Below are positions 27,105-38,977 of a DNA stretch of 64,000 bases, one piece after another. Position numbers and translations under genes: made by a program. This DNA is from Octopus vulgaris (taxonomy: Eukaryota): NCBI GenBank assembly GCA_951406725.2, contig OX597814.1, positions 25,792,001 to 25,856,000 on the forward strand, read 5' to 3'. Within the stretch, counting starts at the first letter, position 1. Each line of letters begins with the position of its first letter. Below the pieces are notes generated by a model. It worked only from the letters and a program-made list of their open reading frames with translations. It did no database searches and was not told the DNA's origin.

Positions 27105-27410
27105 TATTTACATTATTTACATTTGACGGATATTTGTCCTCATCTTGTTTGTTGTTAACACGTTTCGGCTGATATACTCTCCAGCCTTCATCAGGTGTCT
27201 TGGGGAAATTTCAAACCTGGGTTCTCATTCCTAAGGTATTTTTCGATATTATTATTATTATCATTATTATTACTATTACTATTCAGGTCACTGCCTGGAA
27301 TCGAACTCGGAATCTTGGGGTTAGTAGCCCACACTCTTAAACCACTACGCTATATGCCTGTCAAATGTAAATAATGTACATAATTCCTTATCTCTTAAAT
27401 ATAGAACTGT
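27105..27410 (-). mobile_element. tRNA-headed short element with a minimal hammerhead core and an inverted terminal copy
   Basis: Minus strand: tRNA-like head 27286-27358 (A box TAGCGTAGTGG, B box GTTCGATTC) and CTGATGA-A-GGCTG/CAGCC-GAAA at 27163-27194. 27109-27127 is inverted at 27360-27378. Confidence 0.75.
27155..27199 (-). ncRNA. Minimal type I hammerhead ribozyme motif, probably inactive in this copy
   Basis: gacac CUGAUGA A GGCUG gagaguauau CAGCC GAAAC gugUU. The core and stems I and II are present, but the NUH cleavage triplet is absent. Confidence 0.65.
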
Positions 27411-27484
27411 GTTATTATCATCATCATCATCATCATCATCATTATCATTATTATTATCATTATTATTATTATTATTATTATTAT

Positions 27485-28030
27485 TGAGTGAGAGCAGTGC
27501 ATGCCATGAAAGTGACACTGGGGTAAAATATACAAAGCCCAGTATACCCATCATGACTACCCATCTAATAAGGGTACACCAGGTACATGCATCACAAACA
27601 TATGTGCGTGACATGGTTATCTCATATCAAGATAAACAGTGCTTGACCTTGCAGGTGAGGCCCAGTTAGAATTTTCTTCTGGTCGAGTAGCCCATCCCGC
27701 TCAAAAGGTCTCTGAATAAGGATTGTTTAAGGATGTTGAACGAACCACCCATGTTTCCAAAGGTGAATAATCCAAACCTCTAAGAATTCCTTTCAACACA
27801 TGGCTATGATGCTCCCCCACTACTTCTGCTCATGATCAGAGATGCACATATCGTCAGCCACTAAGGGACATGGTCAACTGGTTAAGGTAAAAAAATCTGT
27901 GGTATTGAGCAGAGTATTTGCTGTAGCCCATCTTTTATACCAAGACAAAACAATGTACATGATAACACTTCCAATCAGTTAAGATGAGAAGCCATGAGAG
28001 CCACTGTCTGGTACTGCATCAGGGCATTTA
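27485..28030. mobile_element. Probable interspersed repeat inserted in a (TTA)n tract
   Basis: About 545 bp of higher-GC non-coding sequence bounded by (TTA)n on both sides. Family not determined. Confidence 0.55.
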
Positions 28031-31000
28031 TTATTATTATTATTATTATTGAGGTAGCAGAATCCACAAAATAATTGATATATCATCACTGTTACATTAA
28101 ATCTACTTCCATAACAATATAACCATCCATGTATAATGTCCCTTGCACAACATCATCACCACCATATTAGCACTACCATAACATTGACTATATAGCACCA
28201 GTCTCAAAACATCACATCCACTATACAAGTAGTACCTCACATCACCATTACAATATCACTTCCAAAGCATTGTCACCACAATGCCACCTACACAGCATCG
28301 CTGCTACACCAACATATAAACAGCATCAGTCTCGGTTAATTTTGATTTCAGTTCAGAATTTTTCATTCAAGGCTGCTCATTTCTGAAACTTTAGAACATT
28401 TATTTTAAAGGGAATATCATGCGTATTCAATTGAACCAACTCAGTATTTTATAAGCACTTATTTATCATCCCTTTTTTTACAAAGGGATGAAACACATAT
28501 AAGGTCATATAGATGCAGGAGCTTCAGCATATGAGCTTCAGCATAGACATTATAAATCATTTTTAGCACAGCTCTAAGGTCTGCACTAGCTTACATTACA
28601 TTATCTACACTGATAACATTTATTTATTGCTGTAAGGTCTGAGATTTGTAGTAAAAGGTAAAATAGTGTGTGAGGTTTATATTTTCTATTTTAGATGAAC
28701 TGAAATTAACCATAAGAGGAATCCAAAACCACATAGCAGACTTACATTACTGGAAGTTTACATCTATTCTATTGTATTAACTACCTTAATTGTATTAATA
28801 ACAAAGCCTGTCACAAGTTTATATCATTACTGAGAATTTACTATAAGTCAAATGAAATTAAGTGACACATTGAAAGACTTGCATGAAATTTTGAACATAT
28901 GATCCATGACCTTTTCTATGCTGCCTTTGTATTTCTTGAGAGCTATTAAATATTTAAGAAATTTTTTTTTTAATATTTGTTTCAAAAGTAATAGAAAAGC
29001 ATTAAGTAGATAATGGAAATGGAGAATCTTTACAGTTTAAAAAGGAACCCTTAACATCTCAAAAGACTAGCTGAATATATGTGCTAAGAAACTGTAGGTA
29101 AAGGGATCAGCTTATAACTTCTACATGATGATGTTTATAAATATTCTATCTTTCAATATTGCAAACGGGATAGTAAAAGAAAACCTAATTTATATCAATA
29201 AATATAATTATACTTTGCACTCATCTAAAATAGGAATAATCTGTAATAATTTAAAGATTTGTAGCCGTCTAAATTTATCTAGTTTTAATGATTGTTAATA
29301 GCCATGTCAGGTTATATGATCTCAACAATTTATATATCAATGATGAGCATAACAAGGATTCAAGAGAAATCTTGTCAGGCAGCCTAATTGCTCATAGGTC
29401 AGCAAAGTGTCACTGACTTCTTAGAATAAGTTCATTGGTACATTCAGTAATCTAACAAGATTGATAACACTTATATCAAAAGGTTATCTGGATATTAATG
29501 TTATTGCTAGGCGATTACTAAAAGGAGAAAATGCTTCAGTTATATCAACGAATTTTGGTTACTTTAACTAGAAGCACATAGCATTTGTTTGTTATTGGCT
29601 TCTTTGCCTAAGTTTTGACACATTAACAATTGGCAGTAGAGAATAAACAGAGAAATCAGATCTAGAGAATTCTTGTTGCTTTAGAATATTTACAGTTCCA
29701 TTTATATATATATTCAATGTTGTCTAAGACCCTGAAGTCTTGGCAAAGAAAAATGTTCTTAGAAATAAAAAGAAAAAGTATCAAGTATTATTGATAACTT
29801 TTGAATAGGAAAAGATCATCATATCAACTAAGAAGCTTATTCATTCTAATAGAAATACATTGAACAGAGATAACATTCACACTGAATACAAACAGTAACA
29901 CTATCTAAAATGACAACCTTTAGCTTCATCATACACATACATTTCTTTAATATTAGTCTGATTTGAAGGAAGGGGCTGCTATTCTTATGACCCCTGTAGG
30001 AATTTGAAGCAAGTAAGACTGATAACATTAAAATTCTGTTTAAATTGTTGCAAGTTGACAAGTGCAGGGAAAGAATTCTAGAGGGCTGACATACTCAGAA
30101 GAAAAGATTAGGTGTAGTGATTAGTGCTGAGTCTAAGAGTTTGGGTGCAACATGAGCAATGAGAGAAGGTAAGATGGATAAATTGAGAGTGCTTGAGTAC
30201 AGGTGGTATGTGACCAGCCAAATCTGAGGAGTAGAGGCCATTACAGTAGTGATAGAAAAGCAGAAAGTAGAGATGGCACATAGTGGGTCAGATTAACAGG
30301 AGTTTTTTTAGATGCAGTCACTTTGCTTTGTATTAATGGCTCACTAGAAGATTCTGCCTTCAATTATTTTTGCTATAACCCATTATTATTACACAAGAAA
30401 TTAGATAGAAAAGACCTTACTGTTAAAAATTCTAAACAGTTTAAAAATGTTTTTAACAAATGACTTAATAACTAAATATATATAACATTTAATTATGGAA
30501 AAACCAGGCCCACCACCACCTAGCCGTATTGTAAGCTATTGAAGAAAGTAGTAACTCAAAGAAAATTGATACCAAATAGCAGGAATTATTTTGTCCTGTC
30601 ACGGATAGCTTTTTTTAATACCAACAGCCAGATGAGACACTTGAGAGCCATTTAAACCATACAGTTTTGGGAAAAGAGACATAAAATTATATATATATAT
30701 AAGCATCTATATTATATTATATTTTCACACTTGAGAAATGGAGAATAGAAGATTTGCTAATGTTCTACACTGTGAAAGAGAAGTATAAACTGTTATGAAT
30801 TACTAACAAAAACGTTTGTATGAAGCAGGGTGTTACCAGAGAGAAATTTGTTTAAAACTTCACTGGTAGGGTTTTCATAAGTTGTGGAGGGATGAAAGTG
30901 CTTTGATGATGGATTGTTTGCTTGAATGAGAAATGTGAATAGTACAGCAAGCAATTAATAATAACTGAACCAAGAGAAGCTACCAATCAAGACTAATTTG

Positions 31001-32548
31001 ATTATGATCAGTAAGGTTGCTATCTACATCAGATGTGTGTTCTTTAAACATCTTTCTAGATTATTACATAAATGAGGACAGGAGAAGTGAGACTCTAAGT
31101 AATGTTATACAATCATATAATGTATTTTTCTGTTCATGTTGCTGTCTGACAGTACAAGGTGTTGTTTGCTTACTTTGACAAGTGTTTTCTGAAAATTTCA
31201 TAATTCCTAGTTGTTTGTTTTATGTGTGTGTATGTGTGTGTGTGTGTGTGTGTGTGCATGCGCACACGTGTGTGTGTGTGTATGTGCACACGTGCATACA
31301 TGTGTGTGTGCCTATTATGAGTAAACAAAAAAGATTGGATTTGTTCAAATAATAATAAAAATAATAAAAACAGCATTCCTAAGAAAAGTAACAAAAATCA
31401 ACAGCTTTTTATAAAAAAAAATGTTTGGCCTGTCAGTAAATATTGCTCAGGTTGTGAAAAATTTTGAAATTGCAAAATCGCTTTTAGTTTAAATCAAATT
31501 GAAAGATTTAAAAATACAGAAAAGCAAAAATTCCATTAAAATAATAAAACACACTTCAAAAATAAATTATTTTATGAAATCTAATGATCTTCTGTTCACA
31601 TTCTGGACAGAAAGCAGCTGCTGAGCTTAAATTGTGTGGATTTATTACAGAACACAATTTAGCAATTGCCTCTTTAGATCATTTACCAGGTCGCATTGCT
31701 AAAATTTGTCCAGATATAGAAATGATAAACAACATCAAGCATAATCAGAAAGTATAACTTGGCAAAAGTTGGAGGTGGAACTAACTATAGCTGACGTAGG
31801 TAAAGAGAAATATTTTATTGAGATTTGAAAAGACCAAAATAAAACAGTAATCAACAACACAATGTCATCTTGATATGGAGAAAATGTGTTGTACCACAAC
31901 CTGTTTGACAAAATAACAATTTAATTCAATTAAGAAAATGGTTGGTAGGTACTAAGTTAATACAAATTTCAGTTTGAATGTTAAAATGTAATACAAAACA
32001 CAGTTTTTTTGCTAAGAGGAGTGCGTCTGACAGAATGAACAAAAAAATGAAAATGCAGTTAGTATTTCTTTGTGTTGGAGAAAAGCATATTAAAGTTGTT
32101 CATTTTGGTGAGTTTCCCTAAAAAACCTACTTGACAATGCATTTCAGATTTCTAATTCATAGAGAAGTAAATTGTAGAACACAAAAATTTCCATATTGCA
32201 TTCATGTACAATATGGACTAACAATAAGTGACTACAATAAAATTTTGTGAAGATATGATGTGCACGTATGTGTATGTTGTAAGAACTAGGGCAGCTTCAA
32301 TAACATTTACACTAGCAAAATTTTCTCCTATTGATGAGACAACAGACATTTCAACATTTAAACAATTTGTGGTAGCTAGATATTATGATACTGATACACA
32401 CACACACGAAAGGATTGTGGGGAAATATTAATACTTTTAGAAATTAAAGTCACAACAGTTCTTGGAATTATAATTGTATACAGGCTTTTTAAACAATATT
32501 GAAATCACCTTTGAAGACTTAACAGGTTTTGCCAGCAGTAGTAAAAGA

Positions 32549-32886
32549 GGGGTAAAGACCCCCTTCGGTCATGAGTGACCATGGGTTTGCACCTAGAGAG
32601 TTACCCTCTGAGGCACAAGTCTGGGCAAGGTTGTTTTATGGAAGACCAGTAGTCGCCCATGCATACCAGCCTCCCCTCTCCACGCCACCAGTGTTATCCA
32701 AGGGAAAGACAAAGGTCGATACAGCTTGGCACCAGTGACGTCGCAACTCATTTCTACAGCTGAGTGAACTGGAGCAATGTGAAATAAAGTGCCTTGCTCA
32801 AGAACACAACACGCAGCCCGGTCCGGGATTCGAGCTCACAACCTCACGATCGTAAGCTCGACGCTCTAACCACTGAGCCATGCGCC
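32549..32886 (-). mobile_element. tRNA-derived SINE family 2, well preserved
   Basis: Minus strand GGCGCATGGCTCAGTGGTTAGAGCG...GAGCTCGAATCCCGG head (A box and a near-consensus B box), followed by TTCTTGAGCAAGGCACTTT central sequence. Confidence 0.88.
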
Positions 32887-33067
32887 TCATAGTACTAGTG
32901 TTATTATAAGAATCAAAAACCCTAAAATCCCACACAACCTTGTGTTTGCCATTCATAGTACTTGTACAAATCTACAACCTGCAGTAAACTACCATGCTAT
33001 TTTTTCATACTTCAACAATAATCCTAAGTGCCTAAATGAATATATTGGATCTAAAAACTTTATATAG

Positions 33068-33415
33068 ATGCAGGTATGGCTGTGTGGCTAAGAAGCTCAC
33101 TTTCCAGCAATGTGATCATGGTTTCAGTCCCACCCAACAACGCCTTTAGCAAGTGCCTTCTATCATAAGCTCAGGCCAGCTAATGCCTTGTGAGGGAATT
33201 TCGTAGATGGAAATTGTATGGAAGCCCGTCATATACATGTATGTATGCACATGAGTGTGTTTGTTTTCAACTGGTTTTAGTTTATTTACATCCTCATAAC
33301 TTAGTGGCTCAGCAAAAGAGGTGAATAGACTGAGTGCTAGTCTTTAAAATAAGTACTGAGGTGAATTTGTTTACTAAACCCTTTGGGATGATGCCACTGA
33401 AACAAGAAAAAGATA
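33068..33415 (+). mobile_element. tRNA-derived SINE family 1, diverged
   Basis: Colinear with 9396-9802 at lower identity. Confidence 0.75.
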
Positions 33416-36129
33416 AATACCAATCCTCAAAATTTCTCCACAACAGTTATACAAGATGGCTTTGCCTTGAGAAAATCGTGTAAAAAATATTTAGAACAAT
33501 AGCCTGCACTTTTATCTACTTGATAGCTACAACTCTAACAATAATAGAAGTAATGCAAAATCCAATTAGAAAAATTACCTTTTTTTTCCTAGTCTATGTT
33601 TTATGTTTTAATTGATATTAATAAGCTTAATGCAGGGTTTCTGTCAGAATCATTTGCGATTCATGTTAAGGAATGTTATTATTACTAGTGCCAAAAGGAT
33701 TCTCAGTAATTTCAACAAACAAGACTTTGATACCTAATGCTATAAGTAGAATTAATGTTAATGGCCCTTCAGCTTATCTCAAAATTGTTGACATTTATTG
33801 TGACAACACTTCTCATGAAAGCATTTATCTGGATAATTCAGCAAAATTTTCCTGAAAAAATTTTGTCCAAATATTTTAAATTTCTATATTTTCTTTACAA
33901 AGCAGATGTCCCAGAGCTTGCCTATTTTATGTTATCTTGAGGACGAAGTAAAGGTTGCTTGATGTGTTGGAGCCAAACAATGTTAATAAGGGAAAGCCAA
34001 AGTGAATTATCTCATTAGTTATATAATTTTCCAACTTAGTCCATTAAGAAAATTAGGAACAAATTAATAAAGAATAGAGGGAATTGTTACTGCAAGATCA
34101 ACCTCTTAATGAAGAAAGAAAGTGCTAAAAATTATGATTTAACACATCTCGACTAAATGTGGTGACAACTATTGCTTCTCTTGATCAAGCTCCTTTCAGC
34201 TACTGTTGGAAGAGCTTTCTCCTTATTCACAATACTAAAGTTAGAAATGTCCATCTTATGTTATGTTAATACCATCTAAATCATTACTTAAAGATATTAA
34301 CTGCATGAAGTGGAATCCATCACAACAGCTTTGTTAATTTTAAAAAAGTTTTGGCGGATATGGGAGCAACGTATGTCAATGATTATTATGATCGCTGTAC
34401 AGCAGGGTATGACTCATAGGCGGAGTCATATGAAGCTTCCAACACGTTGGCTCAATGTGTCACAGTACAAGATCCAGTAATATGACCGAGCCATTAATCG
34501 CGTGCATTTGATTGAATGCACATTCTTAAGATCTTTTCTATTTTTTAATGTCGTACTTATGAAAAATGACTAAGTGACTATGAAAACACCTTTACATAGA
34601 CCATTTTTATTTCAAATATGTTCTAGGTGAGCATATAAGCATTATTCATTGCAAGCAATATAGCTGTATTAAAGTATGTTATGTACAATAACTTTTCTCT
34701 ATGCAGATCTCCCCATTTCAACCCTTTTGTATTAGATAGATTAAGTAACACTCCACACAACGGTGGAAAAATAAACATCCCAAGAAAAATAACATTGACT
34801 TTTATTTCATGGAATATACTACTTACTTCTCCATAAAATATCGTTAAATGATGTGAAAACAAACTCATTCTTGGGAAATTATCTATTTTTAGCCATATTA
34901 TTGAGATAATATACTGAAATGACTGAAAAATTTTAAAGGCACTATTCTTACTTATTACAGCAACTGGGTGAGCATAATGTATGGGCGATCTTCATCAAAG
35001 TTAGTATAGCTATGAAGATTAAAGAATATTATCCCGGATAACTTCGCTCTACGCAGATCTACGCACTTCAATTCATTTGCATCATATAAGGCAAGTAACA
35101 CTGCATACCACTGTGGCAAAATAAAAATCCCAATTCATCAAGAGGAATAAATACTGAGTTTTACAATATTGAATATACTACTTATTTACTTTTTTCAATA
35201 TTCAGTCACACATGAGATGACAATTTTTTCTGTATGTGATACAATTTTGACAAATATTTTCAGTAAAAAACCAATTATTTTGAGCCCATACCATTGCAGT
35301 GTTGGAAAAATAATATGCATCAAAATCAAAGATTTTTGATTGGATGGTTTTGAGTAGGTCTGGTTAGAAAACATGTAAGTAAATTTGACTTATGTTTACG
35401 GTTTAACATTGAAAAATTACTCTGTTTGCATATGCAAGTGAAAAAAAATCATATCAGAAACAAAATCTACCACTGTGCATAGGCATAAAAATATCGGAAA
35501 TATTTACTCATGCAAGTATGATCAACTTTGAGCAAGCAAGAAACGTAATGATTAATTCCCAAGAAGATCATCAGTGTAAAGATTAATGGTCTGAGATCGC
35601 CGGAACGACCGATTGTTTGCGGAGAACATTGACATCTGTCAGCCAAATAGATATACGTATAGAGCTTTGTCTGACTAAGCTGCGGGCTAATTTGCAAGGG
35701 GATGTACAGCTCAAATGGCTTACTTGGCTGGTAACCAATTAAAAACTAGCGAATGGATACTTTGACAAGCGAGGGTAGAGGGGGAAGTGCCCCGATGACG
35801 GTCTGAAGGTAGAAGGATATTAACTTGCTGGGGTTGGAGCACTATGGTCAACCCACATACTTCTTGATTCAAAACAAAAAATATTGTGGTGGGGTGGGGT
35901 GGGGTGCTCAAAATGCGAATAACAATACATTGGCCACATTCTTGAGACCACCCACACATCAACAAAATTTGCCACAGCATACATGTACGTGCATGAATGG
36001 ACTGAAAAATTTGCCAAAATTAAGTCACTTTACTCATTCATGACTCAAAATTGCGCCTCCCACAGAACTGCGCCCATGGCAAGTGCCCTGTCTGCCATAC
36101 CCTAGCTACGCCACTGCCTAACTTGATAA

Positions 36130-37645
36130 CTTCTTTTCAAAACGGAGGGAGAAAAGACCACGTGGCTAGTTATTGAACACATAAAGGAGGTCAAGTTCAT
36201 GGAGTTGTCTCCCTTAGACCACTACCCGGAATCCACCAGGCAGTATGCTGGTCCCAGAATTTCAGTAGGAAACACCTGAAGTGTAAGCAAGGTCCAAAGA
36301 CTTCCATCTTGAAATTTAAGCTGTTCCCCCAGGTCGAGGGAGTTGTTTGATATCCTCACCCGTTCTGCTATGCACAGCTTGCAATGCTTGCTTTTGTTGA
36401 TGTAGGGACCCGGTTGGAGTCCCTTCGTTCTTCAGGTACCACATATGACTAGCTAAGGATGTGGCATAACATGTTTCCGAGATCCTAAATGCGGATTTTT
36501 GGTTGGAGAGGCACTGCTTGAAGGTTTCCAGAGCATCTGATGTATTTTCAAATGCTACTCTTGGTGTTGCTGCTTTTGTTGGTATTGACACAGCTACTTC
36601 CACTGCAGTTGCTGCTGGTGTTGTTAGTGCTGATGCTGGTGTTGGCGTTGTTAATGCTGGCATAGGGGACATCATTGGTGGTGGAGTTGGTGTTAGCGAT
36701 GATGTTGTCGTTTTTGGTGTGTCTGTTGGTGCTGCTATAGCCATTGTCGTTGTTGTTGGAGCTGTTATCTTCACTATAGCAGTGGTTGTTGCTGTGGTTG
36801 TTATTACTGTTATCATTATTAGCATTATCATTAGCGATGGTGGTGCTTTTATTTCTGCCGTTACCATTATTACAGACATTCCTGCTACTGCCATAGTTGC
36901 TGGAAAAGCTGCTGCTGCTATTAGGGCCAGATACCACTTCAACCTCATAAATGACCCCCTTGGTTTCGCATTGGCTTCCCACTAGGCACTTGGTCCCTGC
37001 ATGAGCATCCTACCTCCACTCATGGCCTAGGGGTCTTAACTAAAATACTCTTAATATTGGAGGTGCAGCTAAAGGATAGATTTCAGATCCTTTTGCTGAC
37101 CCATTCACCAGGTTTCTGAACAAGTTGGGTGGGTGGCAGAAGACTGTGTTGATATATGCTAGCCTCTTGTTTGGCTTGTGGTAGGGTCTGTATGAACCAG
37201 AGCCCAAGTCAAGCGTGATGTCTAAGAAGTCTGCAGTGGTGAAGTTAGTCTCAGTTGTAATTTTCAGTCCCATGGAGCTTAGGGTGCTAATCAGATCTTT
37301 CCTAAGGCTATCTAGGGTGTGCCTGTTAGCATCTCTAGAGATAACCAGGGCATCATCTCTGTAGAGACCAAAGAGGACAGAAGAGAATTTCTTCTTTAGG
37401 GTATACAGGTTATAAAACCCAATGAGGTTGCATATATCAGTGCTGTCGTAGGCTCCCATCGCTACATCAAAAGAGCCCATGGTGTCAGTGTGCTTGACCC
37501 AGGTCAAACTTTTATTAAACAGCACCGTTTTACTTGTGTGCATGATGACATTTATGTCCCTATCACTAATGTCAGTGAAGCTGCTAGCGAAGGAAAGTGC
37601 CTTGACCAGTAATCCTTCTGATATAGACAGATAAAAATCGACTAT
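36130..37645 (-). pseudogene. Penelope-like element: RT plus GIY-YIG endonuclease, truncated and decayed
   Basis: RT: IVDFYLSIS...FDVAMGAYDS..ICNLIG...GLYRDD...DFLDITLDL...YRPYHKP...HPP. EN: GSQCETKGVIYEVEV...KYIRC...FKQ...TSLASHMWYLK. Confidence 0.9.
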
Positions 37646-37647
37646 GG

Positions 37648-37945
37648 GAGAGTGTCTTCTACTATAGCCTCAGGCTGACCAAAGTCTTATGAGTGGATTT
37701 GGTAGACAGAAACTGAAAGAAGCTCATCATAGATATGTGTGTGTGTGCATCTGTCCCCCACCATCACTTGACAGCTGATGATGGTGTGTTTACATCACCG
37801 TAACTTAGCTGTTCGGCAAAAGAGAATGATAGAATAAGTACTAGGCTTACAAAGAATAAGTCCTGAGTTCAATTTGTTTGAGTAAAGGCAGTGCTCCTGC
37901 ATGGCTGCAGTCAAATGATTGAAACAAATAAAAGAATAAAAGAAA
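37648..37945 (+). mobile_element. 5'-truncated SINE family 1 abutting the PLE RT fragment
   Basis: Matches about 9480-9800. Confidence 0.82.
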
Positions 37946-38883
37946 AATATGTATATTGCCATAATATCAGTGCCAAGCAGTGTTTAAACATAAGCAAACT
38001 TTAGGTTAGTTAAAATATGTTTATGACATATTTCAACTGCTAAAAGGCAAATTCACTACTGTTACTGTGAAGGAAAATTCTCTCCTATGATAAAAATGCA
38101 CAAAAACACCATATTTACCCAGAGTCACCACCTGTCTGATTTCCAGACATTGATGTTTCTAGTTTTTTTTTTAGCAGCTATCTATGGGAAATACCTAAGA
38201 GAGGTAACTCTGGACAGACTTTATCAAAGCTGTGGCTTTGACTAGAATACAGTCAACAATGTTGACCGATTTGCACTAGTAGACTACCACAGCCATGGAA
38301 ATTGCCGTAATTTTCCGTGCCAAGCAGTGTTTAGGTGTAAGCAAACTTTAGGTTAGTTAAAAAATGTTTGTGGCATATTTCAATTGTTAAAAGGCTCAGT
38401 GCTTAGCGTTCATATTACAGTAGACTGTGGTGATCTATTGGCACTGATATTACAGTGATCTTATAGTTGTTGTCCTGCCTCATTTTCCATTCTTTCTTTG
38501 CTGCCCTATTCTTGATACCATTCCCTGTTGTATTTTTGGGCAAAACTACCTTGACCTTCAGTTAGTAGCTGATGAGAATAGAAGGTATCTACGATTATAC
38601 CATATCTTCTTACATGTATTTTACCTGTTATTGGTGCATAGTTTCTTTATGCTTATATACACACACTTACATATATACAGACATGCATACATGTATATAT
38701 ATTTATATACGTATGTGTGTGTATATACACAAATAAATAATCAGCATGTCATTCATTGTTCAATATGACAGTCTTCACAATAAAATATATCATTAATACA
38801 TGCCAGCATGGGAAAACGGATGTAAAATGATGATCATGATTTATTTTTTATTTACATTCTTCAGTTATTTGTTTTAAATCAAG

Positions 38884-38977
38884 CTGAGGAATGTTTACAC
38901 CTTCTATGAAATATCAAACCAGATTTCAAAAGGAAGTGAAATAATTCGCAAGCTTCTTCTTGATTGTATTGTTATGG
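38884..38977 (+). CDS. Candidate internal exon (phase 0-1) of an unidentified gene
   Basis: Pyrimidine-rich upstream sequence, acceptor tcaag|CTG, donor ATGG|gtattg. Open as LRNVYTFYEISNQISKGSEIIRKLLLDCIVM(G). Confidence 0.5.

Larger units (their letters stand above)
31600..34300 (+). pseudogene. Degenerate hAT transposase interrupted by SINEs
   Basis: FSPIDETTDISTFKQFVVARYYD near 32320-32390 and TRWLCLE near 33450. Confidence 0.6.

Noticed and set aside
27970-28030. Weak resemblance to U2 snRNA segments
   Set aside because: Only ~12-nt matches, with no branch-pairing region or Sm site.
32815-32886. Genuine tRNA gene (also considered for 27286-27358)
   Set aside because: The acceptor stem does not pair, and the head continues into a SINE body.
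36316-36948. 210-aa mucin-like secreted protein ORF
   Set aside because: It is an alternative frame of the low-complexity tract within the PLE remnant, and its C-terminus is frameshifted endonuclease sequence.
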